Part shown: positions 21,611 to 31,952 of the stretch, piece by piece | How the letters are laid out: every line of letters begins with the position of its first letter | Numbering within the stretch: the stretch's first letter is position 1 | Source of the DNA: an uncultured cyanobacterium | Lineage (GTDB): Bacteria; Cyanobacteriota; Cyanobacteriia; Cyanobacteriales; CAWCAG01 | NCBI GenBank assembly: GCA_963803805.1 | Contig: CAWDOD010000009.1 | Span: 96,001 to 160,000 of the forward strand | Reading direction: 5' to 3' | Length of the DNA stretch: 64,000 bases | Notes under the pieces: model-generated | The model's input: only the letters and a program-made list of their open reading frames with translations | Databases searched by the model: none | What the model was told of the DNA's origin: nothing | Made by a program: the position numbers and the translations under genes

Positions 21611-22762
21611 ATGGACTTTGGTATTGGGTTTCTTTCCACTAACATCATGTTGCCAATCCTGGATTTTTTCTACGGGATTGTGCCATCTTACGGATTTGCG
21701 ATTGTTGCTCTCACCCTAGTAATTCGCTTTGCTGTCTATCCCCTCAGCGCAAAATCCATTCGCAGTATGAGGCAAATGCGAATCTCCCAACCGGCAATGC
21801 AAAAAAGGGTCAAGGAGATTCAGGAACGTTATAAAAACGATCCTACCAAGCAACAGCAAGCGATGAGCGAAGTATACAAAGAATTTGGTAATCCCTTGGG
21901 GGGCTGTTTGCCAATTTTGTTGCAAATGCCAATTCTGTTTGCTTTATTTGCTACTTTAAGGGGATCACCTTTTAGCAACATCAACTATACAGTCGATTTA
22001 CAAGTTTTTCCCAGGGAACAGATAGAGTTGATCCAACCTGAACCCTTTAGTACTAAACCTCAAACAATTTATGTTGATAATGGTGTTCGTTACCCAGTGG
22101 TAGCCAATGCCCCAGCCGGCAAAAAATTGGTTGTCGGGGAAAAGACACAACTTCAATTCCAAACACCTAGCGGTAAAAGCTTACAAACCTTAATTGCGGA
22201 AAATTCAGACGAAAAGATTAAACCCCAATGGCAAATTACCAAGGGGGAAGATAAGGTTAAAATCAACTCTGACGGCACTCTCGAAGCCCTAGCACCAGGA
22301 GAAGTCACGGTACAAGGGACAGTACCTGGATTAGCAGCTAACGAAGGTTTCTTGTTCATTAAAGCCCTTGGTCGTGTTGGTGCTACCGGAGAAAATGGTG
22401 CTATCCACTGGGATATCTTTGGTATGGTGCTATTCTTTGGGCTTAGCTTGTATGCTAACCAGCTTTTATCTGGACAGCAAAACAATGCGGCAAATCCTCA
22501 ACAACAAACTATTAGTAAAATAACTCCGGTACTTTTTTCAGGGATGTTCTTATTCTTCCCTTTGCCCGCCGGTGTATTAATGTACATGGTTATTGCTAAT
22601 ATTTTCCAAACTCTTCAGACTTTCATTTTAATGCGAGAACCTTTACCAGAAAACTTACAAAAAATTGTTGAAGAGCAAGAGAAGAAAGAGAAAAAGGAAG
22701 AAGGTACAGATATCTTACCTTTTGAAAAACGTTCCAAGAAAAAAGAAAAACCATCAGGGTAG
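21611..22762 (+). CDS. yidC: Membrane protein insertase YidC
   Basis: [25 protein letters not shown]. Confidence 0.95.
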   Translation: MDFGIGFLSTNIMLPILDFFYGIVPSYGFAIVALTLVIRFAVYPLSAKSIRSMRQMRISQPAMQKRVKEIQERYKNDPTKQQQAMSEVYKEFGNPLGGCLPILLQMPILFALFATLRGSPFSNINYTVDLQVFPREQIELIQPEPFSTKPQTIYVDNGVRYPVVANAPAGKKLVVGEKTQLQFQTPSGKSLQTLIAENSDEKIKPQWQITKGEDKVKINSDGTLEALAPGEVTVQGTVPGLAANEGFLFIKALGRVGATGENGAIHWDIFGMVLFFGLSLYANQLLSGQQNNAANPQQQTISKITPVLFSGMFLFFPLPAGVLMYMVIANIFQTLQTFILMREPLPENLQKIVEEQEKKEKKEEGTDILPFEKRSKKKEKPSG

Positions 22763-22767
22763 ATAGC

Positions 22768-22801
22768 AAGTAATAAGTAACAAGTAATAAGTAATAAGTA
22801 A
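22768..22801. repeat. STRR-type heptamer repeat (AAGTAA(T/C))n
   Basis: aagtaat aagtaac aagtaat aagtaat aagta. Confidence 0.6.
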
Positions 22802-22858
22802 GATTAACTATTATTCCTATTACTTGATTGCCTGTCGAGTGAATTCAAGGGGTATTAA

Positions 22859-23350
22859 GTGATGATTGATCAAGCACAACATGGCCAGGAATGGTTAGAA
22901 AAACTGTTAACTTTGATGGGGCTTTCTCCCCAAGTAGAAATATCTCAACCCGATTTTGAGAGTGACTCAAAAGCTTGTTGGCTAACTATCAACCAAGCTG
23001 AACTAGACCAAGAACAAATTGAAACCTTAATTGGGCCCCAAGGTAAAACCCTAGATGCCATTCAGTACTTAGCTAATGCTTTAGTTAATTTAGGACAAGA
23101 ATCTGATACCCAAAGGGCGCTTACCATCGAACTCGACAGTTACCGAATCCGCCGCCAAAAAGAACTGCACACCATGGCAACGGAAGTAGCCCAACAAGTA
23201 CGAGAAACTGGGCAAGAACAAGAAATTCAATCTCTATCCTCCGCAGAACGCCGTCAAATTCATAACTTTTTAGAAAAGTCGGAAGATTTGATCACAGAAA
23301 GTCGAGGACAAGAACCCCATCGAAATTTAGTGGTAAGATTGCGAGATTGA
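22859..23350 (+). CDS. jag: Jag/R3H-domain RNA-binding protein
   Basis: LIGxxGxTLDAIQYL, ERRQIH (R3H), SRGQEPHR. Confidence 0.85.
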   Translation: MMIDQAQHGQEWLEKLLTLMGLSPQVEISQPDFESDSKACWLTINQAELDQEQIETLIGPQGKTLDAIQYLANALVNLGQESDTQRALTIELDSYRIRRQKELHTMATEVAQQVRETGQEQEIQSLSSAERRQIHNFLEKSEDLITESRGQEPHRNLVVRLRD

Positions 23351-23488
23351 GATGGGAAATAAAAGACATTAAGGAGTAGGGGAAGTAATAACTAACCTTT
23401 CTTTAACAAGTAGCAACTAGTAATTAGCTGTTAGCTATTACCTAACCCAAAGCGATATAGAAATACATTTTTTAGACAAAAAAGAACT

Positions 23489-23989
23489 ATGGAACCTATC
23501 CATATTCCCCAATTACTCAAAGCACCAGAGAAGACAGAGGAAATTCAACTTCAAGAGTCTTTTGCTGAGCTAAAAACCCTGATGCCAGTGCGAGGATTAC
23601 TACGAGTGACTCATCAAGGTACTTATTTAGAAGTGACAGCTAAAGCAGAAGCTATTGTTACTTTAAGTTGTGATCGTTGTTTACAACAGTACAATCATCG
23701 CCTATCTCTAGATACGCAGGAACTAATTTGGTTAGAAGAAACCCCTTTAAATTCCTTGCCTTTAGAACAAGAAATTGCTTTTGAAGAGTTAACAGAAACC
23801 TTAAATCCTCAAGGCTATTTTGAAGTTAATACTTGGTTATATGAACAGCTTTGTTTAGCTTTACCCTGGAAAAAAGTTTGTTCTTCTGATTGTCAAATTA
23901 CTCCAGTAAATTCTGCCCAAGAGTCCCTTTTAGATAGTCGTTGGTCAAGTCTAGAAACCCTCAAGAAACAATTGATAGTTGATAATTGA
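23489..23989 (+). CDS. YceD/DUF177 family protein
   Basis: CDRCL, EQLCLALP...C motifs. Confidence 0.85.
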   Translation: MEPIHIPQLLKAPEKTEEIQLQESFAELKTLMPVRGLLRVTHQGTYLEVTAKAEAIVTLSCDRCLQQYNHRLSLDTQELIWLEETPLNSLPLEQEIAFEELTETLNPQGYFEVNTWLYEQLCLALPWKKVCSSDCQITPVNSAQESLLDSRWSSLETLKKQLIVDN

Positions 23990-24025
23990 ATACCTTGATA
24001 ACTGCTCACATTAAGCATTGAAAAA

Positions 24026-25540
24026 ATGAGCTTTGGTGAAGAATTTGAATTACTCCTACGGGCTTGTTATCCTTTAATTTATATTCCTACCTTAGAGGAA
24101 GAAAGGTTAGAAAAAGCGATCAGCACTTCCGCTAACCGGTTGGGAAAGCGGGTTGTTTATACTTGGGATTTTGTTGATGGCTATCAAGATAATCCCAATA
24201 ATGCTGGGGTAGGAAAACGTAACCCTTTACAAGCGCTAGAATATATCGAAAAGTTACCTCAACAGGCTAAGGGAATTTTTATTCTGCGGGACTTTCAAAG
24301 GTTTTTAGAAGATGTTGCTATCTCTCGCAAGTTGCGTAATTTAGCCAGGGTGTTGAAGGCGCAACAAAAAAATATTGTAATCATTTCTGCTAACGTTAAT
24401 ATTCCTGCTGATTTAACAGAAGTTTTGACGGTGGTAGATTTCCCCTTACCTACAGCGAAAGAAATTAGGGAGGAAGTAACACGATTGCTATCTGGTACTA
24501 ACCAGTCTTTAGCTAATAATTTATTGGATGAGTTGGTACGTTCAGCTAGGGGTTTATCCCTAGAAAGAATACGCCGAGTTCTCACTTTAGCCATTGCTAC
24601 CCACGGGCAATTACAGCCAGAAGATGTGGAATTAGTCTTAGAAGAAAAGCGTCAGTCCATTCGCCAAACTCAAATTCTTGACTTTTACCCTGCTACTGAA
24701 AAGATTGACGATATTGGTGGTTTAGATAATTTAAAAGATTGGTTATTGCGGCGGGGGGGGGCTTTTAGTGAAAAAGCGAGGGCTTATGGTTTGCCTCATC
24801 CCCGTGGTTTACTGTTGGTAGGAATTCAAGGGACAGGAAAATCTCTCACTGCCAAAGCTATTGCCCATCATTGGCATCTGCCCCTACTACGCTTAGATGT
24901 GGGACGTTTATTCGCTGGCTTAGTCGGAGAATCAGAATCTCGGACTCGACAAACCATTAACTTAGCAGAAGCTCTTTCCCCCTGTATCCTCTGGATTGAT
25001 GAAATTGATAAAGCTTTTTCTGGGTTGGAAGGCAAAGGTGACTCTGGGACAACTAGCCGGGTTTTTGGGACTTTTATTAACTGGTTAGCAGAAAAACAAT
25101 CTCCTGTATTTGTAGTAGCCACAGCGAATAATATTCGTTCCTTACCTGCGGAAATGTTGCGTAAAGGCAGATTTGATGAAATATTTTTTGTAGGCTTGCC
25201 CTCCCAAGAAGAACGTCGGGCTATTTATGCTGTACATTTGTCTCGATTGCGCCCCCACAACTTACCAAATTACGACTTAGAAAGACTCGCCTATGAAACA
25301 CCCGATTTTTCCGGGGCAGAAATTGAACAAACCATCATTGAAGCAATGCACATTGGCTTTAGCCAAAATCGTGACTTCACCACCGATGATATCCTAGAAG
25401 CAGCGAGTCAAACTATCCCCTTAGCTAGGACAGCCCAAGAACAAATTCAATTCTTACAAGACTGGGCAGCAGCAGGAAAAGCACGTCTTGCCTCTAAGGA
25501 TAGCCGTTTAAGCGATCGCATTCAACGCCATCTTAAGTGA
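24026..25540 (+). CDS. ycf46: Ycf46-like AAA+ ATPase
   Basis: GIQGTGKS, LWIDEIDK, RKGRFDEIFF. Confidence 0.9.
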   Translation: MSFGEEFELLLRACYPLIYIPTLEEERLEKAISTSANRLGKRVVYTWDFVDGYQDNPNNAGVGKRNPLQALEYIEKLPQQAKGIFILRDFQRFLEDVAISRKLRNLARVLKAQQKNIVIISANVNIPADLTEVLTVVDFPLPTAKEIREEVTRLLSGTNQSLANNLLDELVRSARGLSLERIRRVLTLAIATHGQLQPEDVELVLEEKRQSIRQTQILDFYPATEKIDDIGGLDNLKDWLLRRGGAFSEKARAYGLPHPRGLLLVGIQGTGKSLTAKAIAHHWHLPLLRLDVGRLFAGLVGESESRTRQTINLAEALSPCILWIDEIDKAFSGLEGKGDSGTTSRVFGTFINWLAEKQSPVFVVATANNIRSLPAEMLRKGRFDEIFFVGLPSQEERRAIYAVHLSRLRPHNLPNYDLERLAYETPDFSGAEIEQTIIEAMHIGFSQNRDFTTDDILEAASQTIPLARTAQEQIQFLQDWAAAGKARLASKDSRLSDRIQRHLK

Positions 25541-25642
25541 ATAGATACTTTTTCTCGGAATTATTCTAGAAGAGAAGAAAAGAGAAAATAGTTTTAAAAT
25601 AAGCTACGAAAGAAAACTCCTAAGCAAAATTCAAAGAAAATA

Positions 25643-26116
25643 ATGAAGACAATTTCCCGGCTTTTACAATTTATTATTGGCTTTATTGTCGGTATAACTA
25701 TTTTGGGGGGGGTAGGTTTTGCTGCTGGGTATTATTTCTTTACAAAAATGTCAGCAAGTCCTCCCAGGCCAGTTTTTGCCGAAGAACAAGGTAAAGAAGC
25801 TGAATCAGCTTCCAAGAAAGAAGAAAAGCCTCAAGCTGAAGTAAGTCCTACAGAAGAGGATGAGGAAGAAGACAATAAGGAAGAGGAAGAGGAATTAGAA
25901 CCGGGGGCTTACAAAGCAACAGTAAATTGGCCCGATGGTTTGATTTTACGGGATCAACCCGATGAAGATGCTGGGCAACTGGGGGGTATTGGTTTTGAGG
26001 AAGAAGTTATTGTCCTCAAAGAAAGCGAGAATGGCAAATGGCAACAAGTACGTATTCCTGACAGCGATCGCCAAGGTTGGGTTAAGGGGGGAAATGTGGA
26101 TAAGGTGGAGGAATAA
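25643..26116 (+). CDS. SH3 (SH3_3)-domain membrane-anchored protein
   Basis: TM helix, acidic linker, GLILRDQP...WQQVR...GWVKGGN. Confidence 0.8.
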   Translation: MKTISRLLQFIIGFIVGITILGGVGFAAGYYFFTKMSASPPRPVFAEEQGKEAESASKKEEKPQAEVSPTEEDEEEDNKEEEEELEPGAYKATVNWPDGLILRDQPDEDAGQLGGIGFEEEVIVLKESENGKWQQVRIPDSDRQGWVKGGNVDKVEE

Positions 26117-26133
26117 GGTAAGTAGGGCTGGTT

Positions 26134-27726
26134 TTAAGTTTTTGTTTCCAGTAGATCAAGAATTTCCTCGTAACGGAAATTCTTAACCAAATCCACCAGT
26201 TGATTTTTCAAGTTTACTTGTTCTGATGGGATTTGCTCTAAAATTTCAAAAATCAACTTATCATTTAATTTAGCCACTGCTTCATATAGTTGAGTTGCCC
26301 ATTCTTTGGGCATGATCTCTAAGCTTTCTGGAGTCAAATTATTAGCTGTAACCTTGGATATTAGCTCTTTGGAAGTTATACTAACTTCTGAGAATTGCTG
26401 ATTAGGACTTTGAGTTTGACTTGACTTTTCTACTAAAATATTAAACTGAAAAATACTCCCTTTACCAACTTGAGAATTAACAGAAATATCCCCTCCCATC
26501 ATTTGTACAAATTTGCGACTAATAGCTAGTCCTAACCCAGTTCCTTGGTGTGATTTTCGCCCTATTTCTGTTTGGATAAAAGCTTTAAACAATTGCTCTA
26601 TTTCTTCTAGGGCAATACCTGCTCCAGTATCTTCTATGGTAAAAGTGAGACTTGTTAATTCGTTTTTTTGATCTCCTGCTGATTCTTTCACTCCCAGGGT
26701 AACTTGTCCTTTCTCAGTAAATTTAATTGCATTGTCCAAAAGATTAATCAAAACCTGGCGTAACTTACTTTCATCAGTGCGGATATATTGAGAGATATTG
26801 GGAGAGTAATCAAAAATAAGCTGTAAACCTTTATTGTCTGCTTGCAATTTAAGCATCTTCTGAAGAAAGTTTAAAAGGTAATGTAGGTCAAAATTCTTCT
26901 TATTTAAGGCGGTTTTATTTGCTTCAATTCTTGACATTTCCAGGACATTATTAATTAAACCGAGCAAGTGTTGTCCACTTTGGTTAATAATGTTGAGAGT
27001 TTCTTTTTCTTGGGGAGTAGTAGAAGAAGTTCGGTAAAGTAATTGACTGAAGCCGATAATAGAATTGAGGGGAGTACGGAATTCGTGACTCATGTTAGCC
27101 AGGAAAGTACTTCTTGCTCTGTTGGCAGATTCTGCTTCATGTTTAGCTTGGACAAGGGCCACATTTTTGCTGGCTAGTTCTCGACGATGGTTCTCTATAG
27201 TTACTAAATCTCGATAACTTCTTAAAGCAGAGATAGTTGTGGTCAAGAGCTTTTTTTTAGTTAAGTCTACTTTAAGTTTGTAATCATTAATATCATAATC
27301 TAGAATTACTGATTCTTCTGGGGCCTCTCCTGGTTGTCCAGTACGTAAAATAATGCGAATCAAGTCGTTCTTTAATTTTTGCCGTATATATTGAACAACT
27401 TCTAAACCAGAGTTATCTGTTTCCATAACCACATCTAACAACATAAACGCAGTATCTGGATTAGCTAGTATTAACTCTTTAGCTACTTGCCCCGAATAAG
27501 CTGACAAAAAGGTTAGGGGTTTGCCTTCAAAATGAAATCTTTTTAAAGCCAATTTAGTAGCTTGATGCACTTCAGGATCATCATCTACAATCATGACTTT
27601 CCAGACATCAGTTTCTATACTTGTTTGGCTACTGTCCTGTTGTAAATTAGGATTAGTTTCTTCTTCTTCTTCAAAAACTAAAACATCATCCTCTTCTGGA
27701 ACAGAATTTAGGTTTTCATTGCCCAT
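26134..27726 (-). CDS. Hybrid histidine kinase (REC-HisKA-HATPase)
   Basis: IVDDD/LDVVMETD receiver, FLANMSHEFRTP, NAIKFT, GTGLGL. Confidence 0.9.
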   Translation of the reverse strand: MGNENLNSVPEEDDVLVFEEEEETNPNLQQDSSQTSIETDVWKVMIVDDDPEVHQATKLALKRFHFEGKPLTFLSAYSGQVAKELILANPDTAFMLLDVVMETDNSGLEVVQYIRQKLKNDLIRIILRTGQPGEAPEESVILDYDINDYKLKVDLTKKKLLTTTISALRSYRDLVTIENHRRELASKNVALVQAKHEAESANRARSTFLANMSHEFRTPLNSIIGFSQLLYRTSSTTPQEKETLNIINQSGQHLLGLINNVLEMSRIEANKTALNKKNFDLHYLLNFLQKMLKLQADNKGLQLIFDYSPNISQYIRTDESKLRQVLINLLDNAIKFTEKGQVTLGVKESAGDQKNELTSLTFTIEDTGAGIALEEIEQLFKAFIQTEIGRKSHQGTGLGLAISRKFVQMMGGDISVNSQVGKGSIFQFNILVEKSSQTQSPNQQFSEVSITSKELISKVTANNLTPESLEIMPKEWATQLYEAVAKLNDKLIFEILEQIPSEQVNLKNQLVDLVKNFRYEEILDLLETKT

Positions 27727-27758
27727 TGTTATATTTTATCAAGTAAGCTATTGGAAAT

Positions 27759-29042
27759 TTAAGAGGTTTGATTTAATAAAGAAGGTAGGCTAATCTTAAA
27801 TATTGTTCCCGAACCCTCCTTACTTTGAACTTGGACTGTTCCTTGGAGCTTTTGTGTTACTAAGTTGTAAACAAGATGCAATCCTAAACCACTACCTCCT
27901 CTGTTTCTAGCTGTAGTGAAAAAAGGCTCAAAGATTTTAGCCAGATTTTCTTGATTAATACCTTGGCCATCATCTCTATACTCAATTTCTACTCTATCTT
28001 TTTGTTGCTCAATTGCAAAGTGTAATGAACCTGACTTTCCTGGCTGATAGCCATGGATGAGAGAATTCATCACTAAGTTAGTAACAATTTGTGAAAAAGC
28101 ACCGGGATAACTTTCTACCTCAATAGTGTCATCTCCTTCCAAGGTTAAGGTATGGGAAGTTTTTTTCAATTGTGGTTTGAGGCTGATGATAACTTCGCTT
28201 AAATAGGGTTTAATAGCAAAACGACGTACTTCTAAGTTGGCTTGGTCTACAGCAACTTGTTTGAAGCTTTGGACTAATTCTCCAGCACGCTGTAAATTAT
28301 GAAGAATGAGTTGGCTGCTTTCTTGGGCTAAGTCTAAATATTCTTCTAAGATAGAACGTTTTAAATTCCCTTGATTAAAAGCGGTATGCAAAGCTCTTGT
28401 TTCATCAGCTAATGTAGAAGCAGCAGTAATTCCTGTACCGACAGGGGTATTGATTTCATGGGCAACTCCAGCCACCAAATTACCTAAAGCTGCCATTTTT
28501 TCTACTTCAATTAGTTGTTTTTGAGTTGCTTTGAGTTGCTGTAAAGTCTTTTGTAATCCCTGTTCTGCTAATTTTCTTTGCTCAATTTCTTCTTGCAGGA
28601 GAAGATTTTTATTTTCTAAGGCATTAGTTAAACTTTGTAAGTGTAAATGAACCTTGATGCGAGCTAAAACTTCTTCTGAGCGGATTGGTTTGGTAATATA
28701 ATCTACTGCCCCTAAAGACAAACCTTTTACTTTGTTAATCGTATCATTAAGAGCCGTCATAAAAATCACAGGAATAGCTGTAGTTAAGCTATTTTCCTTG
28801 AGACGGCGACAGGTTTCAAATCCGTCAATTCCCGGCATCATTACGTCTAACAAAATTAAGTCTGGCGGTCTATATTTGGCGAGTTCAAGAGTACTTTCAC
28901 CATCGGTAGCAACCGCAACTTTAAAACCATTATTGTTTAAAGTTGTAGAGATCACTTCTAAGTTGGTAGGATTATCGTCAACTACTAAGATAATGTAATT
29001 ATGGCTACTAAAATCACTGGGATTTTCTAAGAGCAAACCCAT
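27759..29042 (-). CDS. Hybrid sensor histidine kinase (REC-HisKA-HATPase)
   Basis: VVDDNP, DVMMPG, AHEINTP, GGSGLGL. Confidence 0.9.
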   Translation of the reverse strand: MGLLLENPSDFSSHNYIILVVDDNPTNLEVISTTLNNNGFKVAVATDGESTLELAKYRPPDLILLDVMMPGIDGFETCRRLKENSLTTAIPVIFMTALNDTINKVKGLSLGAVDYITKPIRSEEVLARIKVHLHLQSLTNALENKNLLLQEEIEQRKLAEQGLQKTLQQLKATQKQLIEVEKMAALGNLVAGVAHEINTPVGTGITAASTLADETRALHTAFNQGNLKRSILEEYLDLAQESSQLILHNLQRAGELVQSFKQVAVDQANLEVRRFAIKPYLSEVIISLKPQLKKTSHTLTLEGDDTIEVESYPGAFSQIVTNLVMNSLIHGYQPGKSGSLHFAIEQQKDRVEIEYRDDGQGINQENLAKIFEPFFTTARNRGGSGLGLHLVYNLVTQKLQGTVQVQSKEGSGTIFKISLPSLLNQTS

Positions 29043-29114
29043 GAACTTCCTATAAAAAACAAATGTTTTTTTATCTTAACCCTTGCTCTTTTTATTGACC
29101 TGAGAGCAAAAAGC

Positions 29115-29486
29115 TTATCTTAGGGTCATAGCTATACTAATAATTAAAATAATTAGCAAAACTACTAGCCATCGATTGTGCCAACACCAATTTTTAATGG
29201 TTTGGCTTAAGCCATAGGTCTGATAAACAGGTCGTTCTAACTGAGCTTCGGTAGGTTTATTGATATCTTGGTAGAGAGTACAGGTTTTAGCATAGGGGCG
29301 CTTAGGGAAAGTACAAGTATCATCTAGATGATACTTGCAGCTAGGGCAAAGAAATGTTCTTTCTGGAGCATGGTATAAAGGCATACCAGGATGACCAAAA
29401 GCCTTAAGCTCATAACCACAATGAGGACAGTTAACGTTCTCTGTATCGATGTTTTGGTGGCAACGAGGGCAATTGGATATAGACAT
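29115..29486 (-). CDS. Zinc-ribbon domain membrane protein
   Basis: CPRC, CPHC, CPSC motifs; C-terminal TM helix. Confidence 0.75.
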   Translation of the reverse strand: MSISNCPRCHQNIDTENVNCPHCGYELKAFGHPGMPLYHAPERTFLCPSCKYHLDDTCTFPKRPYAKTCTLYQDINKPTEAQLERPVYQTYGLSQTIKNWCWHNRWLVVLLIILIISIAMTLR

Positions 29487-29657
29487 TGGTTAAAGTTGTA
29501 TGGGCTTATCTTTAGGGGAGGTTGATTTACAAAGTAAGGGCGAATCACCGATTCCTGGTAGGGTAAACCGTCCTCAGCTAACTATTTAAGTAATAGTTTA
29601 ATTGTGCCATCATAAAAGGGTCGTGGCTTTAGCTGACTTACTATCTAAAAAAGTATT

Positions 29658-29981
29658 ATGGATGATAATAATTTTCTCAAACAACTATTAATGGTCGGTG
29701 TCGGCACAACTTCTTTAGCGGCAGAAAGATTACGAGAAGTTAGCCAAGAATGGGTAAAAGAAGGCAAAATTAATCCCGATCAGGCTAAGGGTATGGTAGA
29801 TGATCTTATGGATCATCTCAAGTCTGAACAAGGCAACTTTGAAGGCCAGATGGAACGGCAATTGCGTAATATGTTGCAAGACTTAGGAGTATCTCGCCAA
29901 TCAGAAGTGGATGAATTGCGCGGACGCATAGACCGTCTAGAACGTCAAGTGCGGGATCTAGAAAATAAACTGTGGCGTTAG
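29658..29981 (+). CDS. Phasin-like family protein
   Basis: LMVGVG...DELRGRIDRLE coiled coil. Confidence 0.7.
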   Translation: MDDNNFLKQLLMVGVGTTSLAAERLREVSQEWVKEGKINPDQAKGMVDDLMDHLKSEQGNFEGQMERQLRNMLQDLGVSRQSEVDELRGRIDRLERQVRDLENKLWR

Positions 29982-30023
29982 GCTGTATACTGCCAACCTG
30001 TAGCCCTCCCAGAGGAAGAGTAA

Positions 30024-30584
30024 ATGAAAGAGATATTAATTAGTTTTGGGGTAATTGTTGTTTGTGGTTTAGTATTAGCAGTCTCTATGTTGTTTACTAA
30101 CGGTAAACCTCAAGAGTCTATTGCTGCTGAGTTGAATCAACCTCAAGTAATAACAACCCAAGTACCACAAGCTAAAGTAAATAATGATGCTAGGACTCTA
30201 GCTGCAAATATTAAAGCAAATAAGGAAAACATTGATATGGACAACGCTGTAACAACTTCTTCTGGACTAAAGTACATTGATATTGAAGAAGGAGATGGTG
30301 CTAGCCCCAGTAAAGGGCAAACTGTAGTTGTTCACTACACAGGAACTTTAGAAGATGGTAAAAAGTTTGATAGTTCCCGCGATCGCAACCAACCTTTTGC
30401 TTTTAAAATTGGTGTTGGTCAGGTAATTAAAGGCTGGGATGAAGGTGTCGCTTCGATGAAAGTGAGTGGTCGTCGCCAACTTATTATTCCCTCAGAGTTA
30501 GGTTATGGAGCTAGAGGTGCTGGGGGTGTAATTCCTCCGAACGCAACCTTGATTTTTGATGTAGAACTTTTGGATATTAAGTAG
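30024..30584 (+). CDS. FKBP-type peptidyl-prolyl cis-trans isomerase
   Basis: VHYTGTL, FDSS, QVIKGWDEG, IPPNATLIFDVELL. Confidence 0.95.
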   Translation: MKEILISFGVIVVCGLVLAVSMLFTNGKPQESIAAELNQPQVITTQVPQAKVNNDARTLAANIKANKENIDMDNAVTTSSGLKYIDIEEGDGASPSKGQTVVVHYTGTLEDGKKFDSSRDRNQPFAFKIGVGQVIKGWDEGVASMKVSGRRQLIIPSELGYGARGAGGVIPPNATLIFDVELLDIK

Positions 30585-30623
30585 GGACAAGGGGCAGATC
30601 GCCCCTATACCTATATTACCAAA

Positions 30624-31790
30624 ATGCAAATTTATCTTGATTACAGCGCCACCACCCCAGCTAGATCAGAAGTTATTGCGACTATGCAAGAAATTCTTTC
30701 TCAGCAGTGGGGAAATCCTTCTAGCTTGCATGAATGGGGGCAACGTGCCGCAACGGTTCTAGAAAGGGCTAGGATGCAAGTGGCTAGCTTGATTAATGCT
30801 TATAATCCCGAAGAAGTTATTTTTACCTCTGGAGGGACAGAAGCTGATAATCTTGCCATTATGGGGGTTGTGGGGCAATATCCAACTCCTGAGCATTTAA
30901 TTATTTCTAGTGTGGAACATTCTGCCATTGCTGAACCAGTTAAGCTGTTGGAAAAATGGGGTTGGCAAGTTACTCAGTTGCCAGTTAATGAAAGAGGAAG
31001 AGTAAGCCCTTTAGATTTACAAGCTGCTTTGCAACCAAATACGGTTTTAGCTTCAGTTATATATGGGCAAAGCGAAGTAGGAACCTTGCAACCTATCGAA
31101 GATTTGGCGGAAATTGCTCACAATCGAGGGGTATTATTCCATACTGATGCAGTACAAGTGGTTGGTAGATTACCTATTGATGTACAAAGTTTAAAGGTAG
31201 ATTTACTTTCCCTTTCTGGACACAAAATTTATGGGCCTCAAGGTTCTGGTGCTTTGTATGTTAGAAAAGGTGTAGAATTAGTCCCTTTATTATCAGGAGG
31301 GGGGCAGGAGTTGAACTTGCGTTCAGGAACTCAAGCTGTGGCTACTATGGCAGGATTGGGAATAGCAGCAGAGTTAGCAGCCGTAGAAATGGCCACAGAA
31401 ACAATAAGATTGAGAGAGATGCGGAATCACCTTTTTGAACTTCTAGCAGATTCTCCTTACTTAATACCAACAGGAGAAAGATTACACAGACTTCCCCATC
31501 ACCTTAGTTTTCGTTTAACCCCAACTTCTTCTCAGGTAACAGGTAAAACTTTGGTACGCCAGTTGAATTTAGCTGGAATTGGTATTAGTGCTGGTTCAGC
31601 TTGTCACAGTGGTAAACTCTCTCCTAGCCCCATTTTGCTAGCTATGGGCTATGGTGAAGTAGCTGCTTTAGGGGGAATTCGCTTGAGTTTAGGCAAAGAT
31701 ACCACTAAAGCGGATGTCGATTGGGTGGCAGTGGTGTTAAAACAAATTTTAGCAAGACTGCTAAATCCTCTAGTCTCAGCTAAAGTTTAG
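30624..31790 (+). CDS. Cysteine desulfurase (IscS/NifS class I)
   Basis: YLDYSATT, GNPSS, SGHK (PLP Lys), SAGSAC. Confidence 0.9.
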   Translation: MQIYLDYSATTPARSEVIATMQEILSQQWGNPSSLHEWGQRAATVLERARMQVASLINAYNPEEVIFTSGGTEADNLAIMGVVGQYPTPEHLIISSVEHSAIAEPVKLLEKWGWQVTQLPVNERGRVSPLDLQAALQPNTVLASVIYGQSEVGTLQPIEDLAEIAHNRGVLFHTDAVQVVGRLPIDVQSLKVDLLSLSGHKIYGPQGSGALYVRKGVELVPLLSGGGQELNLRSGTQAVATMAGLGIAAELAAVEMATETIRLREMRNHLFELLADSPYLIPTGERLHRLPHHLSFRLTPTSSQVTGKTLVRQLNLAGIGISAGSACHSGKLSPSPILLAMGYGEVAALGGIRLSLGKDTTKADVDWVAVVLKQILARLLNPLVSAKV

Positions 31791-31952
31791 TTGCATTTAT
31801 AACCAATAAAGTCGTCTTTCTTTTACCCGGTTGTACTTTCCCTAATCCGGAGTTAGGTAAAGTTAGTATTAAGTTAATCCATATACTGCTGTGGGTGTCT
31901 CTACCCTTATTCTAAGTCACCATCTTTTCTGTAGTGAAGACACAACTAAAGT

